Source: Chiloscyllium plagiosum
Taxonomy: Eukaryota
Direction of reading: 5' to 3'
Assembly (NCBI RefSeq): GCF_004010195.1
Contig: NC_057720.1
Location: 27,240,575-27,301,241 of the forward strand
Length of the DNA: 60,667 nucleotides
Below are positions 11,887-23,257 of this stretch, piece by piece. A model generated the notes under the pieces. It did no database searches and had not been told where the DNA came from. It was given only the letters and a program-made list of their open reading frames with translations. A program made the position numbers and the translations under genes. How positions within the stretch are numbered: position 1 is the stretch's first letter; every line of letters starts with the position of its first letter.

Positions 11887-12558
11887 CTCCTGTCCTCGGA
11901 TGCTTTTCCAGCATCACACTCAACTGTATTTTATAAGGACTTAGCAGTATTGTATTCCACACTTCTGTTTGTAAAACCCAGAATGTCATGTACTTTATTA
12001 AGTGCTTTGTTAGCTTGCCTTGTAGCCATCAAAGATTTGCGCACAAACATACCTTTGATCTCAGTCCTCTTGCATTCCTTTTAAAATCGTACCATTTGAC
12101 TTGTATTGTCTCTTCTCATTCTTCCTATCACATCACATTTTACTGCGTTGAATATGCTTTCATTGAGCAGTTTATGATGTGGGGATCTACCCCCTGCGCT
12201 GTAAATTGTCACAGATTGTTGATATTTTGCAGTACTTTGCTATTAGCCTCCCAAATGTGATCGCCTGTTGTTTTCACCCTGTGTATTTTGAGAAATTATT
12301 GGACTTGTTCAAACGAAACTCATGCAGAAAATTAAGGCTAATAGTTAACTGGCCAAAGAGAAAAAATGAACCTTTGGAGTTTCTTTTAGTTATAAATTGT
12401 CCTTGGAGAGATTTTAAAAAATGTTTTAAAGTTTTTATCTTTCTGAATAATGTGACTATCATGCCATTATTGTCTGTTGCACATCTGTTTCGTTTTCTAT
12501 CCTTCAAGCTAGTCACTGGTCTCATCATCTTGGAGCTAGATGTCTCATTGATCTCTAT

Positions 12559-12770
12559 AGAGACGAAAAAAAAAACTGGAATCCAGATGCTGGAATCCAA
12601 AATAGATAGGCAGGAGGGTGGAAGAATGCCAGGCAGCATTAGGAGGTGGAGAAGTCGACGTTTCAGGTGTTACCGGGTCCTGAAGAAGGATTACACCCAA
12701 AAGGTCAGCTTTCCACCTCCTGATGCTGCCTGGCTTGCTGTGTTCTTCCAGCATCCTGCCTGCCTATCAA
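12559..12770. mobile_element. Palindromic mini-PLE (different subfamily) with 10-bp TSD
   Basis: TSD TGATCTCTAT at 12549-12558 and 12771-12780. Inverted arms GATAGGCAGG.../...CCTGCCTATC surround degenerate hammerhead cores. Confidence 0.7.
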
Positions 12771-13099
12771 TGATCTCTATGGCTGTTTAGCTGTTCTTCC
12801 GTTAATTTTGTTACATGAGAAAATATAAGAGTGAGATGTTTAATTAACAGAACATGCCACAAGATATGATATCCAAGCAAAGTCCGAGCCATTGTGATTT
12901 TGTTACTTGGTAATTAGTCTTTACTCCAGAGCAATTTATAACCACATAAAATGATGGTTTATAATGTCTTTCACTTCAGTGACTTTTTGGTTAACACCAG
13001 TCTTTTGTTCTGAAAGTTTAATTTGGTTATCATAATTGCAAGCTAGTTGGACTTTTCTTCTAAATAATAGATTACAGTTTGCTCAAATGTTCCTTGATT

Positions 13100-13530
13100 C
13101 AAAACTATGAATCTAACTCTCATTGTTGCCATTGGATGTATAAATACTCAAACAATATCTTCATATTAAAATTCTCAACCTTGTTTTCAGATTCCTCCCT
13201 GGCTCTCCCCTCTCTATGATGCCCTCCAGTCCGGAGATCCCTATGCTTGTCCTACTCTGATCCCATGTGCGTCCTTGATGTTCATCATTTTCCTACCGAC
13301 AGTTGTGCTTTTAGCTGTTCAGACCCGAAGCTCTGGAGCTTAATTGCTAAATCTCTCACTGTCCCTTACGCTCTCCCTTTTAAGAAGCTCTTTATAACCT
13401 ATTTTGATCACCAATTTTGATCACCTATCCTCATATTTCCATTTGTGTCTTGGTGTAAAATTTTGCTAAGTAATGCTCAAATGGCACACTTTGTTGTATT
13501 TTACTTCATTAAATGTACTATGTAAATGCA
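13100..13530 (+). mobile_element. Old L2-like LINE 3' fragment
   Basis: TAAAATTCTCAACCTTGTTTTCA...TTTTAGCTGTTCAGACCCGAAGCTCTGGA...CCTTTTAAGAAGCTCTTTATAACCTA matches the layout of an L2 ORF2 end (FKIL..VF, AF...P.LWN, SFK..LKT.LF). Confidence 0.55.
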
Positions 13531-15552
13531 CAATGTGAAGAGATTTGTCCCAGGTTGTTTTATCCTTGTATTATAAGATTAGTACAGGATAAATTCATGT
13601 GTCTTGAATTTTGGAGCACCATTGAAAAGTAACAATAAGATCCATCACCAAGTGAAATTGCGTAACTACATACACTTGTTGCTACATTTTACTCTTTCAT
13701 TACTTTCATTACTTATTTTTTATAGAGAGAACTTTTGCTTTTTCTACGTATGCATTGCTTGCAAATGCTAATATATTCTGTTCTACTGTGACTAAGGCAA
13801 AACAGTGTAGTCATTTCAAAAAGCATTAACATTCAACAGAAATGGTATCTATTAGGGCATCAAAAGTAGAAGGCTTCACAGATTTGATGAGCACCCAGTG
13901 ATTCTTCCAAGTAATTTCTGATAGTTTATGTTTGAATATCTATTCTGTAGATTTAATCGGCTTCCCATCTCTTTTTCACCCCTTCATACCTAATCACCCA
14001 CTCAGTACAATAATTTTAACTTTAATGTCATTTTTCTGCAAGAGCTTCTTGTGTTTGAACAACTGCAAGTGAAGGTGAGCTTATGAACAGAAAGATATGG
14101 ACCTATATTATAGAGTTATGAGGCTGTCTGTGAATGTCAGCATGTTGTAAGTCATGTCTACTCTATGAATATGCTTTTCTATGTGCTTTGATAATGATGG
14201 CCCTCTGGGACTAAGGTTGAAATCTTTGAAGCTGTACTTAGTTTTAATATATAACTATATTTGAAATAGCACTGCAGTGCATGTGTTCAGTGTTTGTGCA
14301 GTCTGTTTCAATTGCTGGCGAACAGCTTTAGGGAGAACAAAAATGTTATGAGAGTGCATTGGCACTCTTAAATTCTTAATGAAAGAGAGTAGGCTGTTTC
14401 ACAGAGGCAAACATACTGCATTTTATTTGGCTGAGAAATGCTGGATTCGGAATTTTACAGCGTAAGTTATTGAAGACAGTTAATGAATAAAATTTGGCAA
14501 TGATAACCAATTGAATTTAAAAACTGGTTAGAAATGAGGGATAAAGTAAGAATTGAAGGTAGATTTGCTGAGTGGTGAAAATGGATTGCTGTGTCCCACA
14601 GGAATTCTGTTCTGGGACTACTGTTCACTGTACATATACTTGTTTTCAAATGAGTATAATTGGATATTGGGAAAGAGAGATTGGTGTCTTATTGTGAAGA
14701 TAATGTTGTTGTTTCAATTTGGAGGCATAGTAAATAATACTGAGGACTGAAAGAAACTGTGACAGGGGCTATTGATGTGGTGCTGGAATAGGTAAACCGG
14801 TAAAAAGATAACAAAATGGGATTATAAGTAATTAAAGACGAAGTCAAATAAATAATTGAGAAAGCAAAGGAAGCTGTGAAAGAAAATGATCAAATAAGAT
14901 AAATAGAAAAAGTGTTAAATTTATTCTACAAACACAAGTAAGAGAAGGTAAATTTCAGTAGGGATCCAGGGTGAATTCATACAGCTATAAATTACAGTGC
15001 AGCTTATCAATCACCAAACAATGTCAATTTGCATTTATTTAACAGTTAACAAAGTGAAAGCCTTTAAGCATTTTGCCAGAGTTATGAAACAAAATTTAAT
15101 GTTGATTGATGAAAGACACTGGGGCACAGGACAAAGATGTAAGATCTTAAGGAATGTCCAGATGAAGACGTAAAGGTGGACTGGTTTAGAGAGAGCCGAG
15201 GGCATAGACAGCTGAAAGCACGGCTGTCACTTAATATACTAATATCAATGTATATTACACAAGAGGCTGGAAACAGAGGAGCACCAGTTACCCCTGAGGG
15301 TTACAGAATTGAAGGACATTACAGGGATAGCAGAGATTACAACGTGAAAGGATTTGAAAACCAGGATGAGAATTTTTAACTCAAATGTTGACTAACTGTG
15401 GGAAATGCCACAATAAAAATGAGTGAATGGGAACTAGAATGCTTTATCTTGGACGGTGTCAAGCTGTCCAAGTGTTGTTGGAGCTGCCCTCATCCAGGCA
15501 AATATTCCATCACACTCCTTACTTGTGCCTCCTAGATGCTGGAAAACCAGGA

Positions 15553-15714
15553 GTCAAGAGTGTGTTGCTGGGAAAACACAGCAGGTCAGGCAGCATCAGG
15601 GTTTATGCCTGAAACGATGAATCTCCTGCTCCTTCGATTCTGCCTGACCTGCTGTGCTTTCCCAGCAACACACTCTCGACTCTGATCTCCAGCATCTGCA
15701 GTCCTCACTTTCTC
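15553..15714. mobile_element. Palindromic mini-PLE with 14-bp TSD
   Basis: TSD CTGGAAA(A/G)CCAGGA at 15539-15552 and 15715-15728. An inverted arm of about 45 nt is joined to a direct arm ending CACTTTCTC. Confidence 0.75.
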
Positions 15715-15789
15715 CTGGAAAGCCAGGAAATGAGTTACTTGATGCTGAATTTCCAAGCATCTGACCTGTCGTTGTATGCAGTGTTCATA

Positions 15790-16305
15790 TAGAGTCATAG
15801 AGTCCTACAGCATGGAGGCAGGCCCTTTGGTTCAAACTGGTCCATGCTGACCAAAATGTCCATCCATGCTAACCCCATTTCCATGCGCTTGGCTCATATC
15901 CTTCTAATCCTTTCCTATCCATGTATTTGTCCAAATGTCTTTTAAATGTTATTAATGTATCCATCTCAACCATTTTCACTGGCAGCTCATTCCATATGCA
16001 TGCCACCCTCTGTATAAAAATGTTGCCCCTCTGGGTTCCCTTTTATTCTTTCCCCTCTTGTCCTCTAGTCCTCGATTCCCCAACCCTGGGAAAAAGACTG
16101 AGTACATTACCCTATCCATGCCTCTCATGATCTTATACATTAGTCTCAGTCTCCTATGCTCTGAAGAAAAAAGTCCTAGCATATCCAATGTCTCCCTATA
16201 ACTCTGACTGTTGAGTCCTGGCAACATCCTTGTAAATTACTTCTGCACTCTTTCCAGTTTAATAAATTCATCTTATTGCAAGGTGACCATAACTGAACAC
16301 AATAT
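15790..16305 (-). mobile_element. CR1 (HER1-like) 3' fragment
   Basis: YCVQLWSP, MLPGL..SYRETLDMLGLFSSEHRRLR, YKIMRGMDRV; (ATGACTCT)n tail on the minus strand. Confidence 0.9.
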
Positions 16306-16309
16306 GTCA

Positions 16310-16950
16310 TGTGCAATTCAGTTTCTGAGCAGTGATAACCCCAGGCTGTTAGTAGTGTAGGATTCAGCAATGGTAAGCCAATTAATGCTAAGGGGCAATA
16401 GTTAGAATCTCTATTGTTAACTATAGTCGTTTCTTGGCAATTGTGTGGTATGGATTTTACTTGCCTTTTAGCAGCACAAGCCTGGATGTCATTCATGTCT
16501 GGCTGAATAAGGACATGGATGACTTCAGTTTCTGAGGATACTGAACTAATGTGCAATGGGTCTGGGTGGGTTACTCTTCGGAGGGTCGATGTGGACTTGT
16601 TGGGCTGAAGGGCCTGTTTCCACACCATAGGGAATCTAATTAAAAAAAAATCATCAAACATCCACATTTTATCCAGATCCACATCTTATGATCAAGGAAA
16701 GGTCAATAACGAAGCAGCAGAAAAGTGTTGGGCCTAATACTCTACCCTGAGGAATTCCTGCAGTGATGCACTTAGACTGAGATGATTGATGTCGAACAAC
16801 CACTACCATTTTCTTTTGTGGTGGCTATGATTTAAACCAGTGCAGAGTTTTCCCCTTGATTCCCATTGATTTCAGTTTAAGTTGCCTTGTTCCACACTCT
16901 GTCAAATGCTGTCTTCATGTTGAGGGTAGCCACTCTTGCCTCACATCTAG
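16310..16950 (-). mobile_element. Degenerate CR1/L2-clade LINE fragment containing an HE1 SINE 3' piece (about 16553-16640, plus strand)
   Basis: Antisense GGGCCTAATACTCTACCCTGAGGAATTCCTGC (GIPQG.VLGP). SINE tail GGACTTGTTGGGCTGAAGGGCCTGTTTCCACAC. Confidence 0.6.
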
Positions 16951-18390
16951 AATACAAATCTAGGAGTTGTAAGTATAAGTTGTTGAAATAACTCAAATAA
17001 TAAATTCATCATTAATCATAGAGGGGTTAAATGTATAAATTGCTACTGTATGAAATAGTTAAGTATTATACATGCATTTAAGTTGAAGCTGTGTTACATA
17101 AGAAAAAGATTTAAAGAATATTTTGATGAGGTAAGATGAAACAAGGTAACAGGAGGCTCTTGTGATGTATAAGTATCAGCACAGATTTGTTTGGCTTTGT
17201 TAGGCCAAATGGCCTGTTTGTGTGCTATAAAGTATGTAGCATTTGCAAATGGATTTCAACAGCTGCTTGTGGTCAGCTGACTGTTTTATCTCTTTCTCCA
17301 TTTTTGTACAAAGGTGTTAAGTTGGCAACTGACCAATTTATTTGGCTTTATACCTATTTATTTATCCTTTATCCTTCCCTCTTTGCCTGTGCTAAATTGG
17401 GGCATGTAAGCCGACCTTGGAAACCCCAAAACATTTCAAAAACCGGGATCATCTTATGCACTGAGTTTAAATTGTGAAATATTGATATATGTGGACATCA
17501 TTTTGAAATGTAGAAAGAAAACAGTTAATTCATAGTAAATTAACATAAAGATGCCTTTAATCACGATCAAAGTGCCATATTTATATGTCATCACCATCTG
17601 TCACAGAGTTAATCAAATTCATTCTAAGTCAGTTTGCTTATGATATTCTTGTAAGGTCTAGCTCTGGTAATTGTATAGAACTTCTACTGAAAATTAAGTG
17701 CCTTGAAATGTTCACTCTGTTTCTCTCCATGAATGCTGCCTGACCTGCTGAGTTTTTCCAGCTATTTTGTTATTTTATTTTGCTGTATGACCATGAGCCC
17801 CAGGAAAGTGATAATTTTGGTATTGAAGTCTTTTGGTAATCTCTCAGCAATCTTGGTTTTCTACCACATCATTGGACTGTTTTTTTTGTTCCATAAAATG
17901 GCTGCATAATTAGCTGTTAATTTTGAAATCTGGTACATTTGATCTTTGACATTTTTTGCAGCACAGAATCCTCCTCCTTCAACTCTTGAACCAGTTTTTC
18001 ACAAACAACAAATCCCTTCGCTGTATCACAGTAATTTGACAAGTTGACAAATGTAACTACTTTCATCTTGAAACCAACATTTGTTTGCTGGAGAACCCTT
18101 TCTGTTTGTTACTTATCTTACCATCTGGGGTATGGCATGTCTTAAACGTTCCAAAGGTCGTCCTTGCAATATTGCCAATAATGCCTGCTTAATCCTATAA
18201 ATTTGCATTATAAGGTAAGCCAAACATTCATTCTGGGCTGAAAAACAGATGTCGACTATGATGGCAGATATGACATTTTGTGGCTGAAAAGGGAGGCAAC
18301 GAGACATTGAATATATGTCATCGCAACATTTCTTTTGCCGCCAAAAGACATCCTCTTATACGCTGCATTCCATGGTAACTACTAATTCTG

Positions 18391-18434
18391 TGATGTTTCC
18401 TGCCTCGGCTCACTTGCCGAGGCAGGAAACATCA
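18391..18434. repeat. Perfect 19-bp inverted repeat with a 6-nt loop
   Basis: TGATGTTTCCTGCCTCGGC-TCACTT-GCCGAGGCAGGAAACATCA. Confidence 0.95.
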
Positions 18435-18699
18435 TTTGAAGACTCCACTATTGCTTTGCACCCCTAGCCATCTCCTATTTTCCACGCACCATTTACTTCA
18501 GGTGTAATTCTAGTAAATTTAGGAATGGGCAATAAATGCTGGGCCAAGTCAAAGATGGTCGCACACCATGATTTAATATTAAAAAGAAGAACACTGCTGT
18601 TTGTAATCTATTTCCTAGCAAGGTATTCTCACCTTTTACTTGCATCTCTGGCCTACATTGACTAGTGGTCATCGACATTTATATTTTAAGTTTCTTTCT

Positions 18700-18905
18700 T
18701 TGGCTTTAATATTACCAACGCTGTGTACCTGTCAGTATCTGCAGACATTCTGGCTTCTCTTCACCCTTTATCCAATTGAATTCTGAGGAAGGGTCATTTG
18801 ACCCGAAACATTAACGTGATTTCTCTGCACAGATGCTGTCAGATCTGCTGAGCTTTTCCAGCAATTTCTTTTCTGTTTCTAATTTAAAGCATCTGCAGTT
18901 TTTTT
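18700..18905 (+). mobile_element. Old PLE terminal fragment with degenerate hammerhead (18781-18815)
   Basis: CTGAGGA-A-GGGTC-ATTT-GACCC-GAAACATT, followed by CAGATGCTGTCAGATCTGCTGAGCTTTTCCAGCA...AGCATCTGCAG. Confidence 0.65.
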
Positions 18906-18999
18906 TACCCATTATTTGATTATGTCTTTTAGGAATTTTTTGTGTTGGAAATGCTTTCTGAGATGTAGATTGTTATTTTATTGTATAAAAATGAGATGG

Positions 19000-20250
19000 T
19001 ACTCTCATGTAATTTGAATCAAAGACCAGTATTCTTAGGGAAAGTATTGTAGCAGTAATGCAGGGTTGTCTAACACACCAAGGATGACACTAAGTGTACA
19101 GAGGCAAGTTAAGCATGGTGGTAGAGGAATGATATAGCTACAGGATAGGTGTTAATAGCAGAAAATAAGTCAGCTTTGCAAGAATAAGTACCACCATCTT
19201 CCCTCTGCTACCTCATACTTACTCTGTTTTTCTACTGTGCCTGCTTCTCACCAGGGCTCATGGGCTACCATTTTCATTCTCTCACTTTAGTGTGCAACAT
19301 CTTCTCTCACTCGGTCTCGCCTCCCCAATCCCTCCTACACTACTATTCCTGCATGACCTCTGCACTGCCTACTCACTCAATCCTTTTACATCTTTCCCCC
19401 TACCTGCACCAACACGAACAGATATGCCAGCTACTTCTGCCTCACTCAATCCCTCCCTTCATCTCATTGCATGAGAAAACAGCCCATACTAGGACAGAAA
19501 GACCCGGAATGGGTAGTGGTGCCCGACATTCAGCTCCTCGCCTTTCAGTCAAGGAGAGGATCCTGTTCCTGATTACTCCAAGCAACTGACTGACCATGCC
19601 TAAATCTCTGGACTGATATCAGAGACAGCCCTTGACTTATAGTGCAGGAATCCTTGTATGAAAGCTGTCTCCCATGACTTGACGAAGGGACTACTCCCCT
19701 TAGATTTTGAGACAAGGTCACTCGGTTGATGCACTGTGTTTGCTGAATATGCTCATGGCACATGGTGCTAGTGTGAGATCGACATAGTATACTGATAACG
19801 GTATGTCCACTCTATTGTCTGATGTCTGCTGACAACCATAACGAACTGTCAGGCATTGTTTCTGTGCTAAATGGCAAATTAAGGCAGAAATACTGTTAGA
19901 ATTTAAGTTCCGCTTGAATGGGCAAAATGGCAAAATACAAGGAATGGCCAGGCAGAGATATTGTGAATATCAAAGTAGGTGCAAAGTGAGTGACTGCTAA
20001 ACAAAGAAAACAAGAAGACCTAAGATGCACCCTGGTCCAATCTATGAGCGTATTTGGTGCTTTGTGCAAAGTGTCCTCACAACAGCATCCCAATGAAAAA
20101 GATGTTGATAGATGCAAGTTCATGCAAATAGGTCTCCCGCAGTGCACTAGTGAGAATCTTGCCTTGCTGTTCACTTTGGTTGGAAATTTGGACTTGTTGC
20201 TATCGATTTCTAGAACCACCTCCTTGCTGATCTCAAGTGATTTTTCCAAG
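19000..20250 (+). mobile_element. Decayed PIF/Harbinger-like element, Myb/SANT-protein remnant
   Basis: 19471-19575 translates EKTAHTRTERPGMGSG...VKERILFLI, resembling the EK.AHN.RE..KTGGG..EER.L segment of Harbinger Myb/SANT proteins. Subterminal similarity (ACTAGTGAGA) to about 42030-42100. Boundaries approximate. Confidence 0.4.
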
Positions 20251-21424
20251 TTTCTCACCAATGTCTACATCGTTCAAAGTCCTAGGATTTTATCTGTGGT
20301 ACAGTGGAAGGTGGGGGAGATTAAATGTGAGATTACCTTGTTGAAACTTGCCATTTTCTTATGTGCCACTCCTTATGCTTTGTTTCTCGAATGGAAATTA
20401 AAAATGGAATATTGATTGATATTATTATCACACCTGCATTCTTATGAAGTGCACCACACTTGGGATGTGTTGTCTGTGGAGTGCAGTTGTAATAAGCAAA
20501 TTATTTTTGGAAACAAGTCCGATGGCCTGAATGTAAGAATTTTATGTAATATCTACTCACTTTAAGTTAGAAATAGCATTTGAGAAATCACTGTAAAGTT
20601 GTTGCTGACTCTGTTTCACAGAAGTTTGTAAACCCATTTGTGAAGTAGGAAGTAGGGTATCAGTTTTGATTTATCCAATTCGTTGTCAAAATCAGTGCAT
20701 CTGATTTATGTTAATATTAATTTGTACAGTTGAGCTAAATATCACTTAGTATTATCTGAGGTCACAGAAGGAACTGTAACCTTTTGCATCAAATAGTCAC
20801 TTGGTGTGCTGTTAATGAAGTCACTGTTTGATAATGGAAACAAACACAGCTGTGTTTCAGAGAAGGTAACATTGAACATGTAAATCTAATTAGTGTGAGC
20901 ATTCTTGTAGAGATTGTAATGATTATGTTTTATATATATATATTGTAGCTGGTGAAAGTTGGAACATTTTATGAATTATGTTCACTAATGTTTAGTACCC
21001 AGCCAAGTAATCTCCCAGAGTGGTAGCTTGTATGTGAAACGTTGGTTCTGCCCAAGGAAATGCATGATGTCTGTTTTGTATTCAGGCCAATTAAAATAAA
21101 AGAAAAACCCTCTTCAGATTTGCTGGGCAATTAATAGTCAGATTGACATAACATTAAACTTCTATCATGTGATATGCACTCTACTGACAATGTCAGAACA
21201 TGTCATACAGTCCTTGGTTATCCTTTAGAAGATGGTGAAAGCTGTCTTCACAGAATCATAGTATTTTACAGTAAAAAAGGAGGCTATTCAACTCATTGTG
21301 TGTACTCGCTCAAGATGTATCTCCATAGCCCTCTAAATTCACCACTTTCAAATACATATCCAGATCCCTTTTAATACTCCTCTGAAATCTGCCCCCACCA
21401 CTGTCCCAGGCAGCACTCTCCAAT

Positions 21425-21630
21425 TTCCTGAAGAAGGGCTTATGCCCGAAACGTCGATTCTCCTATTCCTTGGATGTTGCCTGACCTGCTGCTCTTTTCC
21501 AGCCCTTCTTCAGGCTTATGCCCGAAACGTCGATTCTCCTGTTCTCTGGATGCTGCCTGACCTGCTGCTCTTTTCCAGCAACACATTTTCAGCTCTGATC
21601 TCCAGCATCTACAGACCTTACTTTCTCCTC
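21425..21630 (+). mobile_element. Mini-PLE with tandemly duplicated hammerhead-bearing terminus
   Basis: Two copies of GGCTTATGCCCGAAACGTCGATTCTCCT...CTGCTGCTCTTTTCCAGC. Full CTGAAGA core at 21428-21455; ends ACTTTCTCCTC. Confidence 0.8.
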
Positions 21631-22050
21631 TATACAACTAAAGAACAGCATCATTTTATGTTCAACCTTTTTCAAAATAAAGGATTCTCTTTAGCCTACT
21701 TGATTACATGCTTTACTTGTATTTTAATGTTTCGTAACTCATGCATCAGAACACCTAAGTCCTTCTGCACTTTGTAATTATGCATTCTCCATTTAAGTAA
21801 GACTCAGCTTTTTAATTCTTCCTGCCAAAGTGAATAACTTCACATTTTCCCACAACGCAACCTGCCATTTTTTTTGCCCACTCATTCAACCTGTCAAGAT
21901 CAGTCTGCAACTTCCTTATATCTTCTTCACAATATACTTTCCTATCTATTTTGGTGTTGTTTATGAATGTAGTTGCCATGCCTTTACTTCCCTCATCTAA
22001 GGCACTGGCATTAATTGTAAACAGTTGAGGGTCTAGCATAGATCCTTGTG

Positions 22051-22207
22051 ATGGAAATGTGTTGCTGGAAAAGCGCAGCAGGTCAGGAAGGGCCAATGCC
22101 CGAAACGTCGATTCTCCTGTTCCCTAGATGCTGCCTGACCTGCTGCGCTTTTCCAGCAACACATTTCCATCTCTGATCTCCAGCATCTGCAGACCTCACT
22201 TTCTCCT
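22051..22207. mobile_element. Palindromic mini-PLE with 14-bp TSD
   Basis: TSD CATAGATCCTTGTG at 22037-22050 and 22208-22221. Perfect 37-bp inverted arms at 22051-22087 and 22134-22170. Confidence 0.85.
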
Positions 22208-22965
22208 CATAGATCCTTGTGGGACTCCACTCACTACATCCTTCCAATCAGATGAAGACACGCTTTTGTCTATTTTCTGCCAGCCAGCTAATCTTCCATA
22301 CAGGCTAGCATGTTACTCCCCTATACCAGTGGCTTTTATTTTCCCCAATAACCTTTGATATAACATCATAATGTCTTCTAAGCACAGTATGTCTTCAGAC
22401 TCACTTTTATCTATAGTACATATTATTCCTTCAAAGTACCCCTTAAATTAGTTTAACATGACTTTTCCTTTGATGAAACCATGCTGACTCTTTCTGACGA
22501 CCTTGTGTTTTTCTAAGTGTGCAGCTCTTTGGTGATTGATTCTACATTGATTCTAATACCTTCCCCACTCCAGATATTAAGTCAACTGGCCTAAAATTTG
22601 TGCTTTCTGTCTTCCTCGCCTCTGGAATTGAGGGGCTATACTTTAGACTCCAGGAATATTTATTGAATCTTGGGAATTTTGGACAACTACACAGCACATT
22701 TACCACTACATTAACAATGCCTTTTCAGATCCTAGGATGAAGTCCACCTGGAGCTGGAAACTTGTCATCCTGCAGGTCTATCAGATTGCTTCATACCCCT
22801 TCCCTATTGATTTTAATTTCACCAAGTTTCACCACGCCCCTCCCGATTTACAACTATTACTGGAATGTTTTTATATCCACTACGGTGATGACAGAAGCAA
22901 AGCATTTGTTCATTTCATTTGCAATTTCTTTGTTATCTTCAATTAACTTCCTTTCTTCACTAGCT

Positions 22966-23257
22966 GGGCGGCACGGTGGCACAGTGGTTAGCACTGCTGC
23001 CTCACAGCGCTAGAGACCCGGGTTCAATTCCCACTCAGGCGACTGACTGTGTGGAGTTTGCACGTTCTCCCCGTGTCTGCGTGGGTTTCCTCCGGGTGCT
23101 CCGGTTTCCTCCCACAGTCCAAAGATGTGCAAGTCAGGTGAATTGGCCTGTAGTGTTAGGTAAGGGGTAAATGTAGGGGTATGGGTGGGTTGCGCTTCGG
23201 CGGGGCAGTGTGGACTTGTTGGGCCGAAGGGCCTGTTTCCACACTGTAAGTAATCTA
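22966..23257 (+). mobile_element. HE1-type V-SINE, near full length, relatively young
   Basis: Pol III A box TGGCACAGTGG (22977-22987), B box GGTTCAATTCC (23021-23031), V-domain and CR1-like tail GGGCCGAAGGGCCTGTTTCCACACTGTA. CpGs are retained. Confidence 0.92.

Larger units (their letters stand above)
9642..11921 (-). mobile_element. Penelope-like element (Neptune-type) with inverted pseudo-LTR and 17-bp TSD
   Basis: TSD AACTGTATTTTATAAGG at 9625-9641 and 11922-11938. Minus-strand RT plus GIY-YIG remnant, with an inverted plus-strand copy of the endonuclease end and terminus at about 11436-11921. Confidence 0.9.

Noticed and set aside
12179..12790. 203-aa ORF as a host gene
   Set aside because: It crosses CR1 remnant, AT-rich DNA and a mini-PLE, and has no recognisable domain.
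14043..14074. Possible micro-exon (LLVFEQLQVK, donor AAG|gtgagc)
   Set aside because: The acceptor is weak (AAG or GAG), the peptide is unrecognised, and such matches are expected by chance in 60 kb.
22966..23040. tRNA gene
   Set aside because: The A and B boxes belong to the tRNA-derived head of an HE1 SINE, which continues into the V-domain and LINE-like tail.
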